A DNA stretch of 63,037 nucleotides, counting the filler. It is 4 parts of 4 records of this genome, joined end to end, with 100 filler letters (N's around TTAATTAATTAA, not from the genome) between each part and the next. Parts side by side here need not be neighbours in the genome. Positions count along the whole stretch, not along the records: positions 1 to 24,848 come from SRR20825019_2031; positions 24,949 to 48,726 come from SRR20825019_2034; 2 more parts are not named here. The stretch is one strand, 5' to 3'. The notes under the pieces were generated by a model, which was not told the DNA's origin, did no database searches, and saw nothing but the letters and a program-made list of their open reading frames with translations. The translations under genes were made by a program, and so were the position numbers. Positions 19,165 to 28,170 of this stretch are shown in pieces (the first letter of the stretch is position 1; the number at the start of each line of letters is the position of its first letter).

Positions 19165-20040
19165 TTACTTAATTCGTGTTTGCGTACTTGTATTATTAAA
19201 GTCTGCCATAAGAATTACTGCATCCTTTTCTTGAGACCATTTGTCTGGATTGTTCATGATGGTACTCATAGCTGTATTTAGAAGATAAATATATTCATTT
19301 GCACTACCGTTAATTTTATAGGCTGTGGCATTTTTAGTATCTTCTCTCACGGTCTTGGTTCGAGCGCTATCATAAGTAATGTTGTAGTTTTTCACCAAGG
19401 TGCCACCTTCGTAGTATTTAAAATTGTACTCGCTGTTTTCTTTCAGCATGTTTAATTGAAAATAGGTACTACTAGGCATAGTTTGCCATGCGCTCCATGC
19501 TGCCCAGGTTCCTTTTATGTATTTTTGGGTAGCCTTAAAACTAATTTTATAATTTTTAGGCGCCATTGTCACTGTATTTGCAGTATAAACAATAGCGTTA
19601 CCTATGTCGTGTTCCCACAAATAAATTTGCGCTTTAGTGGTAGACTTCCACAGGTAAGGATTGTTTGTAATTTGTTTTAAGTTTAAATTCTCGGTCCATA
19701 AATAGTTTTTAGAATTATCATATTTATACGCCGTTATATTGTTATTGGAAGATTGTTTGCGTTTTGATTCTGTTTCTGCAGCATCATAAGTTACTCTATC
19801 TGTGTACATATCGCCACCTTCATATAGCTTTATTTCATATGTACCACCACTAATATGTTTTACAGTTAAAGTTGGGATTGCTCCATAAACTTCTTTTTCA
19901 GAATCCCATTTTGATGGCCAGCTTTCCCACTTTCCATTTTTAAGTTCAATAGACCTAGAGTATGGTAAATCGACACGCACCTGTGCTGTAATCATTGTGG
20001 TGCACATAATTATGATACAAGAAATTATAAGTTTTTTCAT
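19165..20040 (-). CDS. Hypothetical secreted protein with two copies of a Trp-rich domain
   Basis: Signal peptide; domain 1 LPYSRSIELKNGKWESWPSKWDS; diverged domain 2 YIKGTWAAWSAW..ITYDSARTK..ATAYK. Confidence 0.75.
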   Translation of the reverse strand: MKKLIISCIIIMCTTMITAQVRVDLPYSRSIELKNGKWESWPSKWDSEKEVYGAIPTLTVKHISGGTYEIKLYEGGDMYTDRVTYDAAETESKRKQSSNNNITAYKYDNSKNYLWTENLNLKQITNNPYLWKSTTKAQIYLWEHDIGNAIVYTANTVTMAPKNYKISFKATQKYIKGTWAAWSAWQTMPSSTYFQLNMLKENSEYNFKYYEGGTLVKNYNITYDSARTKTVREDTKNATAYKINGSANEYIYLLNTAMSTIMNNPDKWSQEKDAVILMADFNNTSTQTRIK

Positions 20041-20168
20041 TTTATTGAAATTTGTTTAATCACTAATTATTTATTGAATATTAAAAAACGTAAAGCAGTT
20101 TTTGGTAAATCCTATTTCTTAAGACAACGTTTTACTTTTCTACGTTTTTTAAACTTTCCTTTTTCTTT

Positions 20169-20651
20169 CTATTTGTTGTGTTTATATAAATATGCACTAC
20201 CAAGATCGTTATACCATATGTATATTCTGGAATTTGCTTTAGAAGTCCATGTAGATTTGCTGCTAACAATTTGAGGCAGTGTAACATTTTCTGTCCAGAG
20301 GTAGTTTCTAGATTCGTAATACTTATATACCGTTATATTGTCGTTACCGTTTTTTTTGCGTACTCTTTTTGTTTCTGCCGCATCAAAGTGTACTGTTTCT
20401 GTGAAAATACCACTGGCAGAACCACCTTCGTATAACGATACTTCAAAAGTGCCGAGATTGATTTGCTTTATACTTAATATTGGAGTGAAGCCGTTAAGCT
20501 CTTGTTGAGAGTCCCATTTTGTAGGCCATTTTTCCCAAACACCATTTTCAAATTCAATAGATCTTGAGTACGGTAGGTTAATAGATACTTGGGCTGATGC
20601 AAACGTAACAGCCATTAAAAACACGAACGATGTTAAGAATATTTTTTTCAT
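20169..20651 (-). CDS. Hypothetical secreted protein, single-domain paralog of 19165-20040
   Basis: LPYSRSIEFENGVWEKWPTKWDS..DAAETK..NYLWTEN shared with its neighbour. Confidence 0.75.
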   Translation of the reverse strand: MKKIFLTSFVFLMAVTFASAQVSINLPYSRSIEFENGVWEKWPTKWDSQQELNGFTPILSIKQINLGTFEVSLYEGGSASGIFTETVHFDAAETKRVRKKNGNDNITVYKYYESRNYLWTENVTLPQIVSSKSTWTSKANSRIYIWYNDLGSAYLYKHNK

Positions 20652-20707
20652 TTTAATTTGGGGTTTAAATTCAGTTACAAACTTCCGGCAATTGCATGAC
20701 GTTGTTT

Positions 20708-20722
20708 TAGTGGTTAACCCTA
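20708..20722. promoter_or_regulatory. Candidate operator (near-palindrome TAGTGGTTAACCCTA)
   Basis: Imperfect inverted repeat about 25 nt upstream of a non-consensus -7 box (GAAGTTTG, minus strand) heading the secreted-protein run. Confidence 0.35.
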
Positions 20723-20794
20723 TTTAATTTTTTTGGTGTTTTTGTGAAGAACGAATCAATTTTTAAATAGTCGGTGCCATTACACAAAAGTGTT

Positions 20795-20802
20795 TAAATT
20801 TG
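20795..20802 (+). promoter_or_regulatory. Bacteroidota -7 promoter element
   Basis: TAAATTTG matches TAnnTTTG, 17 nt upstream of ATG 20820. Confidence 0.55.
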
Positions 20803-20819
20803 TAGCTCTATTCTACGTT

Positions 20820-21920
20820 ATGGCTGAACATCTTTTTCTTGCATCCAAATATGATTACAATCTAACTTCTGGAAGCATTTCTTGGCAAGCGCCAAGTAAT
20901 ATTGCTTTGGTAAAATATTGGGGAAAGTATGGTGAGCAATTACCAATGAATTCCTCTGTTAGTTTTACATTGAAAAACTGCAATACAAAAACAACGCTTT
21001 CTTTTGAAAAACTTTCGATAGCTAAAACATCAAGCAATGAAAAATTTGACTTTGAAGTTTATCTCGATGGAAAAAAAGAAGAAAGTTTTAAACCAAAGAT
21101 TAGTACGTTTTTTGAACGAATTGAACACTATATACCTTTCTTAAAAACGTATAAGTTTACAATTGAAACCTCCAATAGCTTTCCGCACAGCAGTGGTATT
21201 GCATCCTCCGCAAGTGGAATGAGTGCTTTAGCTTTGTGTTTAATGGATCTGGAACGACAGATGAAGCCAGAAATTACAGAAGATTATTTTATTGAAAAGG
21301 CATCTTTTCTTGCCAGATTGGGTTCAGGTAGCGCTTGTAGAAGTGTTGAAGGGCCTTTAATAGTATGGGGCCAACATCCCGAAATTGAAGGCAGTACGAA
21401 TCTTTTTGGAACAAAATATCCATTTGAAGTACATGAGAACTTTAAAAGGTATCAAGATACTATTTTGTTAGTTGATAAAGGAGAAAAGCAAGTTAGCAGT
21501 ACTGTTGGGCACGACTTAATGCACAATCATGTATTTGCAAAACAACGTTTTCAGCAGGCTAAGGATAATCTTTCAAAGCTACTTCCTGTTTTTAAAAAAG
21601 GTATGCTTTCTGAATTTATAAAAATTGTAGAAAGCGAAGCATTGTCGCTTCACGCAATGATGATGACCTCGATGCCGTATTTCATATTAATGAAGCCGAA
21701 TACCCTTGAAATCATCAACCGAATTTGGAAATTCCGTGAAGAAACGGAGAGTAAAATTTGCTTTACATTAGATGCTGGCGCAAATGTTCATGTGCTCTAT
21801 CCAGAAGCTGAAAAGGAAATAATTTTGAAGTTTATAAATGAAGAGCTTTCAGGTTTCTGTAAGAATAAAGAGTTTATTACAGATGAAGTTGGTTTCGGGG
21901 CTCAAAAAATTTTAAGCTAG
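20820..21920 (+). CDS. mvaD: Diphosphomevalonate decarboxylase family (GHMP)
   Basis: APSNIALVKYWGK, FPHSSGIASSASG, LARLGSGSACRS, FTLDAGANVH; ATG at 20820 preferred over GTG 20790. Confidence 0.9.
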   Translation: MAEHLFLASKYDYNLTSGSISWQAPSNIALVKYWGKYGEQLPMNSSVSFTLKNCNTKTTLSFEKLSIAKTSSNEKFDFEVYLDGKKEESFKPKISTFFERIEHYIPFLKTYKFTIETSNSFPHSSGIASSASGMSALALCLMDLERQMKPEITEDYFIEKASFLARLGSGSACRSVEGPLIVWGQHPEIEGSTNLFGTKYPFEVHENFKRYQDTILLVDKGEKQVSSTVGHDLMHNHVFAKQRFQQAKDNLSKLLPVFKKGMLSEFIKIVESEALSLHAMMMTSMPYFILMKPNTLEIINRIWKFREETESKICFTLDAGANVHVLYPEAEKEIILKFINEELSGFCKNKEFITDEVGFGAQKILS

Positions 21921-22025
21921 CCTTTTTATCTCTTTAATCGATTTAACTTCTTTAGAATAGGCATTAAATTGTATGTCAGTGTATTTCTTCACAAAATTTT
22001 CTGATTTTATAATTGGTAAAACCGT

Positions 22026-22033
22026 TATCTTTG
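22026..22033 (+). promoter_or_regulatory. Bacteroidota -7 promoter element
   Basis: TATCTTTG upstream of mevalonate kinase. Confidence 0.5.
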
Positions 22034-22093
22034 TGCCTAAATACATTTTTTAAGCTAAAAATCTGTACTTTTATAAATACAACTAAATAGTAT

Positions 22094-23032
22094 ATGCGAG
22101 GCCCCCTTTTTTACTCAAAGATTTTGCTTTTTGGCGAATACGGAATTATTAAAGATTCTAAAGGTCTTTCTATTCCATATAATTTTTACAACGGGGCACT
22201 AAAAATAGATGTACATCATACTATTTCTACACACAAATCAAACGAAAGTCTTAAAAGGTTTGCTTCCTATTTAGAGAATCTACAAACTGAAAACCCTGAG
22301 ATTGTTTCCTTTGATATGGAAAGCTTAAAAGCCGATGTAGCAAATGGTTTGTATTTTGATAGTAGCATTCCACAAGGATATGGTGTTGGTAGTAGTGGTG
22401 CGCTAGTTGCTGCTATTTATGACAAATATGCGACTGATAAAATTACAGTTCTAGAAAACCTTACACGTGAAAAATTGCTTAGTTTAAAGGCTATTTTTGC
22501 AGCAATGGAATCTTTTTTCCACGGAAAATCTTCAGGCCTCGACCCATTGAACAGTTATTTAAGTCTTCCAATACTTATTAACTCTAAAGATAATATTGAA
22601 CCTGCTGGAATTCCTTCTCAAACTGAAAATGGTAAAGGAGCAGTGTTTTTATTAGATAGTGGAAGCACTGGCGAAACTGCACCAATGGTTCAGATTTTCA
22701 TGGAAAATATGAAACAAGAAGGGTTTCGAAACATGCTTAAAGATCAATTTGTAAAACATACTGATGCCTGTGTAGAAGATTTTCTTCAAGGCGATGTAAA
22801 ATCACTTTTTGGAAATATTAAGCAACTTTCGAAAGTAGTTTTAGATAATTTTAAACCTATGATTCCTGCACAATTCCATAAACTTTGGAAAAATGGAATT
22901 GATAGTAATGCCTACTATCTTAAACTTTGTGGCTCTGGCGGAGGTGGATATATGCTTGGGTTCACAGAGAATATTGATGAAGCACGCAAAGCATTGAAAG
23001 ATTATAAGCTGGAAGTAGTTTATAATTTTTAG
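22094..23032 (+). CDS. mvk: Mevalonate kinase family GHMP kinase
   Basis: KILLFGEY, SSIPQGYGVGSSGA, HGKSSGLD, KLCGSGGGG. Confidence 0.88.
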   Translation: MRGPLFYSKILLFGEYGIIKDSKGLSIPYNFYNGALKIDVHHTISTHKSNESLKRFASYLENLQTENPEIVSFDMESLKADVANGLYFDSSIPQGYGVGSSGALVAAIYDKYATDKITVLENLTREKLLSLKAIFAAMESFFHGKSSGLDPLNSYLSLPILINSKDNIEPAGIPSQTENGKGAVFLLDSGSTGETAPMVQIFMENMKQEGFRNMLKDQFVKHTDACVEDFLQGDVKSLFGNIKQLSKVVLDNFKPMIPAQFHKLWKNGIDSNAYYLKLCGSGGGGYMLGFTENIDEARKALKDYKLEVVYNF

Positions 23033-23078
23033 AGTATCTGACTGAAAATTTCTTTCAGTTTTCCTCAATTTTAAAAAT

Positions 23079-23990
23079 ATGTTTACCCGAAAACAAAAAC
23101 ACTTTCTTCTTAAGTTTTTCAGCTTGTTTTCCGTGGTTCGTGGTTACAATATTTTAATTATTGTAATTGCACAGTACTTAACCAGTATATACATTTTTGC
23201 GCCCGAATTGCCTGTTCGTGAAGTTTTATTTGATGTAAACTTGCTTATGTTGGTGCTTGCATCCTCTTCTGCAATTGCAAGTGGATATATTATCAATAGT
23301 TTTTACGACAGTGAAAAAGATCTAATAAACAGACCTCGTAAAACAATGTTAGATAAACTTGTGAGCCAGCGCACAAAGCTATCAGCCTATTTTATACTTA
23401 ATTTTCTTTCCGTTTTTTTTGCGAGTTATGTTTCTTTTAGAGCAGTTTTGTTTTTCTCGGTATATATCTTTATGCTGTGGTTTTACTCACATAAACTTAA
23501 AAAATACCCATTTATAGGCAATATAAATGCTGCAATATTAGCGGTTGTTCCTTTTTTCGCTGTTTTTGTACACTATGGTAATTTTGATGTAGTAATTTTT
23601 GTACACGCTACCTTTCTGTTTTTACTTATTTCAATGCGCGAATTGGTAAAAGATCTTGAAAATATAAAAGGCGATTTAACGCATGGTTATAAAACTATTC
23701 CGGTGGTGTATGGAGAAAAAACCTCAAAAAAAATGTTGACTTTTATTAGTGTTTTAACATTGGTGCCTGTTTTTTTACTGATAACAAGATTTAATGTAGA
23801 AATAGGCTATATGGACTATTATTTTTATACGAGTATTGCTGGATTGGCAGTTTTTCTTACTGTTTTATGGTACTCAAAAAATAAAATACATTACATAATT
23901 TTACACAATATTCTAAAGTTTGCCATCGTCCTTGGGGTATTTAGTATTGTTCTTATCCATTTGGAATCATTGACAAACAAACTTTTTTAA
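23079..23990 (+). CDS. UbiA family prenyltransferase (DGGGP-synthase-like)
   Basis: GYIINSFYDSEKDLINRP and RELVKDLENIKGD Asp-rich motifs, multiple TM helices. Confidence 0.85.
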   Translation: MFTRKQKHFLLKFFSLFSVVRGYNILIIVIAQYLTSIYIFAPELPVREVLFDVNLLMLVLASSSAIASGYIINSFYDSEKDLINRPRKTMLDKLVSQRTKLSAYFILNFLSVFFASYVSFRAVLFFSVYIFMLWFYSHKLKKYPFIGNINAAILAVVPFFAVFVHYGNFDVVIFVHATFLFLLISMRELVKDLENIKGDLTHGYKTIPVVYGEKTSKKMLTFISVLTLVPVFLLITRFNVEIGYMDYYFYTSIAGLAVFLTVLWYSKNKIHYIILHNILKFAIVLGVFSIVLIHLESLTNKLF

Positions 23991-24059
23991 AGAGCATAAA
24001 GCAGAAATAATATAGAAAAGGAGCTAAAGCTTTTCAAGAAATAAATTTTATTTTTTCTA

Positions 24060-24602
24060 TCAACCAATTCTCTTCAGTTTTACAAACAAGTCCCAAACAA
24101 CAACACCTACACTTACTGAAATATTCAACGAATGTTTGGTGCCAAATTGTGGGATTTCAATAACCACATCACTTGCAGTAACTACTTTTTGTTGCACACC
24201 TTTTACCTCATTTCCAAAAACTATGGCGTAGGTCAATTCTTTCTGAGTAGAAAAATCATTTAAGTTTACAGCTAGTTCAGTCTGTTCAATGGAAGCGACA
24301 AAAATACCTTCGCTTTGTAGTTTTGAAACTACATCGAGCGTGTTTTCAGCATATTCCCAAGTTACACTCTCCGTGGCGCCCAAAGCAGTTTTTTGAATAT
24401 CCTTATGTGGCGGTTGTGCCGTTATGCCACAGAGGTAAATTTTCTTCACTAAAAAAGCATCAGCAGTACGAAAAACAGAACCAATATTGTTCAAGCTTCT
24501 AATGTTGTCAAGAATAATTATTAGCGGTGTTTTTTCTGAAGCTTTGTATTCTTCTGGATTAATTCGATCTAATTCGCTGTTTTTTAGTTTTCGATACTTC
24601 AT
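24060..24602 (-). CDS. SpoU/TrmH family RNA methyltransferase
   Basis: LDNIRSLNNIGSVFRTADAF, VFGNEVKG, IPQFGTKHSLNISV. Confidence 0.9.
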   Translation of the reverse strand: MKYRKLKNSELDRINPEEYKASEKTPLIIILDNIRSLNNIGSVFRTADAFLVKKIYLCGITAQPPHKDIQKTALGATESVTWEYAENTLDVVSKLQSEGIFVASIEQTELAVNLNDFSTQKELTYAIVFGNEVKGVQQKVVTASDVVIEIPQFGTKHSLNISVSVGVVVWDLFVKLKRIG

Positions 24603-24737
24603 AAGTAGGCAAAGTTATAGGTAAATCTGATAACGATGAAATAGAATTGTTGATAAAACAAAATAATTCACAATCACTTCATTTTAAAGAAAACAGCATT
24701 TTGGTTACATTTATCGGTTCAAGAATATTTTTGATAT

Positions 24738-24848
24738 ATGGCGAAGAAGGAAACCCCATTAATGAAGCAGTATAACACGATTAAGGCGAAGTATCCTGAT
24801 GCTTTGTTGCTGTTTCGTGTAGGCGATTTTTACGAAACTTTTGGGGAA
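24738..24848 (+). CDS. mutS: DNA mismatch repair protein MutS, 5' fragment cut by contig end
   Basis: Hand translation [37 protein letters not shown] (TPxMxQY, GDFYE of MutS domain I). Confidence 0.92.
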
Positions 24849-24948
24849 NNNNNNNNNNNNNNNNNNNNNNNNNNNNNNNNNNNNNNNNNNNNTTAATTAA
24901 TTAANNNNNNNNNNNNNNNNNNNNNNNNNNNNNNNNNNNNNNNNNNNN
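24849..24948. other. Artificial contig-joining linker
   Basis: N44-TTAATTAATTAA-N44, stops in all six frames; genes broken on both sides. Confidence 0.98.
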
Positions 24949-24978
24949 GTGTCTTTGTAGTCTGATTTTTACAGGCAT
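24949..24978 (-). CDS. rpsP: 30S ribosomal protein S16, 5' fragment
   Basis: Hand translation MPVKIRLQRH, the Bacteroidota S16 N-terminus; only 10 codons visible. Confidence 0.8.
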
Positions 24979-25115
24979 AGTGATTAATTTGTGAGGTTCT
25001 CGACCTCTATTATTAATTTTTATAAGAGCGCAAAGATACTATATTTTTCTTACTGCAAGTATGTTAGCTCAAATTTTTAATTACATTTGTAGATAAACTT
25101 GTCCTATATTTAATT

Positions 25116-25922
25116 ATGAGAAACCTACTCCTACTATTTAGTACCCTTTTATTAGCATCTAGCTGCAGTGAAACCATCGAAACAAATACACCTGCATTGC
25201 AAGGTGAAGTTGACAATGTGTTTTTTAGAGCCGTAACAAGCAACGCAACAATTAATACTGATGGTTCTGTTACTATATCTGGCGAAACTGCTCTTGAAAC
25301 TATTGAAGTAACTGCAGAATCTTTAGAAGTTGGCACCTATTTGTTTGGGTCTGACAGCAATAGTGAAGCTAACTTCACAACATTTGATGATGCTTTTTAT
25401 ACTACAGACAACTCAGGTAACGGTAAAATAGTAATTTCTAATATAGAGGAAGGAAAAATTACAGCTACATTTAATTTTAATGCAAGGCGACCAGGTATAA
25501 ACGACACCTTAAACTTTCAGGAAGGTATAATTTATGAAGTTCCTATTACAAATGCTGTACCTGGAGATGGCGGCCAAAATAATGACCAATTTACAGCACT
25601 AGTTGATGGTGCAAACTATACAGCCGTAACCACTCAAACAAACGTTGCAGGAAATACATTATTTATTATAGCAAACAACCAACAAAACTTTGTTATCAAT
25701 TTATCGTTTCCTTTAGATACCGCAACAGGTGATTATGAAATTACTGAAGGTGGAGACTACAGAGCATCTTATGCAATTAGTGGTGGCTCAGAAAATGCTA
25801 TTAGTGGTATGATAACTATTACAACTAATGATAATGCTGCAGGAACTGCTTCTGGATCATTTCAATTTGAAACAACTAGTGGTATTATGGTAACCAACGG
25901 TAACTTTACTATTACTTATTAA
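25116..25922 (+). CDS. DUF6252-like lipoprotein with two beta-rich repeats
   Basis: Lipobox LASSC; two domains ending GKIVIS..ITATFNF and GMITIT..SGSFQF..NGNF; TACATTTG -7 box at 25082-25089. Confidence 0.7.
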   Translation: MRNLLLLFSTLLLASSCSETIETNTPALQGEVDNVFFRAVTSNATINTDGSVTISGETALETIEVTAESLEVGTYLFGSDSNSEANFTTFDDAFYTTDNSGNGKIVISNIEEGKITATFNFNARRPGINDTLNFQEGIIYEVPITNAVPGDGGQNNDQFTALVDGANYTAVTTQTNVAGNTLFIIANNQQNFVINLSFPLDTATGDYEITEGGDYRASYAISGGSENAISGMITITTNDNAAGTASGSFQFETTSGIMVTNGNFTITY

Positions 25923-25945
25923 AATTATAATTAATCTTAAATTGT

Positions 25946-25973
25946 AAAAAGCACTCTTAGGAGTGCTTTTTTT
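25946..25973 (+). terminator. Intrinsic terminator
   Basis: aaaaagcactc-ttag-gagtgcttttttt. Confidence 0.85.
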
Positions 25974-26159
25974 GTTAACGGTTTTTACAAATAGATCACA
26001 ACACCTGTTTATTTATTATTAAAATATGTTAAACAAAAGTGTGATTGAGTTAAGGTGCGTTAAACAGGCAAATAGGTAGGGATTAGCTTCTTATCTTTGG
26101 AATAGATGACAAACAGACCTCATCTTAAAACAAAGTCTGCTAACCAAAATATTACTATT

Positions 26160-26606
26160 ATGAAGTATACAGAGCAAGTTTCAAATAAATTAAACGAATT
26201 ACTAAAGAAGAATTATGATGCAGAAGCTGGTTATAAACAAGCAGCTGAAAATGTAAAAAATTCTCAACTAAAATCTTATTTCGAGAATAGAGCTAAAGAC
26301 AGATATGACTTTGGGCACCAATTAAAGAATGAGATTAAGAGTTTTGGACAAGAGCCAGACAAAGGCACTAGTATTAGTGGAGACGCACATAGATTTTGGA
26401 TGAATATTAAATCTAAATTTGTCGCTAATGATGAAGAAGCTATGTTAGAGGAAGCTATTAGAGGTGAAAAAGCGTTTGTTGAAAATTATAATGAAATTAT
26501 AAACGAAACAAACTTACCACCTAGCACATCTTCTGTTTTAAAAACACAGAAAGATAATGTAGAAAGTGCTCTTAAAGACGTAAAATCTTTAGAGATTGTA
26601 GCTTAA
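26160..26606 (+). CDS. PA2169/DUF2383 ferritin-like four-helix bundle protein
   Basis: LNELLKKNYDAEAGYKQAAE, AHRFWMNIK, EEAIRGE; start MKYTEQ at 26160; TATCTTTG at 26092-26099. Confidence 0.85.
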   Translation: MKYTEQVSNKLNELLKKNYDAEAGYKQAAENVKNSQLKSYFENRAKDRYDFGHQLKNEIKSFGQEPDKGTSISGDAHRFWMNIKSKFVANDEEAMLEEAIRGEKAFVENYNEIINETNLPPSTSSVLKTQKDNVESALKDVKSLEIVA

Positions 26607-26624
26607 TATAAAGCCTTAAAATTT

Positions 26625-26660
26625 AAAAAGCCGAATCTCATACGATTCGGCTTTTTTTTT
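26625..26660. terminator. Bidirectional intrinsic terminator
   Basis: aaaaagccgaatc-tcatac-gattcggcttttttttt between convergent genes. Confidence 0.88.
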
Positions 26661-26662
26661 AT

Positions 26663-27289
26663 TTAATCGCGTTCGTTGAGAAAGTAAAATCGTATCCCAA
26701 ATGACAATGCTATATAAGAAGCTTTATTAAATGCAACTGTAGTATTTGGAGCTTTAGTATTAAGAGACTCATACCTATATTCTGCAGTTAAAAATGCACT
26801 AAAATGCCTTGAAAACTTATAGTCTGCATCTGCTATAAGTGAATAAGCTTCTCCTGTATCTTCAAAAATTTCTCCATCTACATCATTCCGATATTCTATA
26901 GCACCTATTCCAGCTAAAAAGGACAAATTAAAGTTCTTTAAGATTGGAATTCTATAACCTGCTTCTATACCTATTAAATTTACATTTCTAAGATCATAAT
27001 TACCTACAAGTTCTGGTTTTGTTACCTGTCCTGAAAAAATATTTAACCTTGCACCGATCAAAATATGGTCTGCTATAACAAATCTAGACTCTAATTGCGC
27101 ACCTAAATTTGTATTTTGGGCTTTGCTTGCAAAATTATCACCAATCGCAATTGGGTAATAGGGAGAAATACTTATAAAACCTACATCATAAAACTCTACA
27201 GCCTCTTCACCTTCTCTGGTATCGTTTTGTGAAAACAAACAACTATTTAATACCAAACAAAAAACTATACTTAATCTAATACTCAACAT
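26663..27289 (-). CDS. Outer membrane beta-barrel protein
   Basis: Signal peptide, amphipathic beta-strands, C-terminal LSFGIRFYF. Confidence 0.7.
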   Translation of the reverse strand: MLSIRLSIVFCLVLNSCLFSQNDTREGEEAVEFYDVGFISISPYYPIAIGDNFASKAQNTNLGAQLESRFVIADHILIGARLNIFSGQVTKPELVGNYDLRNVNLIGIEAGYRIPILKNFNLSFLAGIGAIEYRNDVDGEIFEDTGEAYSLIADADYKFSRHFSAFLTAEYRYESLNTKAPNTTVAFNKASYIALSFGIRFYFLNERD

Positions 27290-27971
27290 TGTATACAGTG
27301 TTTGGGTTATTAATTTGTATAAGTTCTGTTATAGGATCAGAACCGTTTACACTATATGTAAATTGAGCTTCAGTATTAAGAACTACAGAATAGGATCTGC
27401 TAAAATTTGGTGTATTTTCATTTAATGTCCTAAAAACGGAGGTTTGCGAATAACAGTCCGACTCATCTTCCTGCATTTGGCCTTCTACAAAAACTTGATT
27501 ACACTGTGTATTTGTATAGTGCAAAGACCAAGAAAAGGTATCAGAAGTATTCTCTGTATTTTGAATATTTAATTCGAGTTGAGCACTTGTCTTAAGTTCG
27601 ATAGTTTCAAAATCGTAAAACCGATCTCTACTATCAATAAAAACAGAAGTGTGCTCAGTTAAAGACTCATTATCTAAAGAAAATTCATTTACAACAACCT
27701 CCAAACCATATGTGTTATTAAAAGTTCTTCCAGTAGCGTCAAGAGAAATAAGATCAAAAAAACCATTTGCATCTGTAGTTGTAGAGCCTACAACATATGA
27801 GTCTGCTTTAGCAATTACAGAAACCCCAACAACAGGATTATTAGCATCAGACATTACACGACCAACAAACTGCAATCTGGAGTTGTCTTCTACATTTAAA
27901 TCATCAGCAAAAATACAAGACTGAAAAAGCAGGAATAGCAAGAAGAAAGAGATAAATTTAAAATGTTTCAT
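27276..27971 (-). CDS. Hypothetical lipoprotein with a carboxypeptidase-regulatory-like fold
   Basis: Lipobox FQSC; GRVMSDANNPVVGVSV..TTTDANGFF. Confidence 0.65.
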   Translation of the reverse strand: MKHFKFISFFLLFLLFQSCIFADDLNVEDNSRLQFVGRVMSDANNPVVGVSVIAKADSYVVGSTTTDANGFFDLISLDATGRTFNNTYGLEVVVNEFSLDNESLTEHTSVFIDSRDRFYDFETIELKTSAQLELNIQNTENTSDTFSWSLHYTNTQCNQVFVEGQMQEDESDCYSQTSVFRTLNENTPNFSRSYSVVLNTEAQFTYSVNGSDPITELIQINNPNTVYNVEY

Positions 27972-28170
27972 TTGAGTAGTTTAGTTGTTTTATAGATGAG
28001 TGTCATTAAATAAGGTTGCGTGTAAAGAATGTTTTAATTTGATATAATGTGAACAACTCAACAAATAATTCAGCATTTAAAACGTTCATTTTTTATACTT
28101 TTAAACACATTTTTTTGTCTGAAATCAAGGCACTAAAACCTACCCATATAACTCTAACATTCAAATACAT

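Noticed and set aside
20081..20152. 12-bp inverted repeat ttaaaaaacgta/tacgttttttaa with a 48-bp spacer
   Set aside because: Mostly A/T and single copy; could be a weak mRNA structure but is not distinguishable from chance
1..24848. Contig A as a circle or island inserted in mutS (MutS pieces at both ends)
   Set aside because: The left piece is the C-terminus of a MutS-related family with a short tail and the right piece is the N-terminus of canonical MutS1; they are different genes
24893..24904. TTAATTAATTAA palindrome repeated three times in the window
   Set aside because: Part of the synthetic N-linker, not biological
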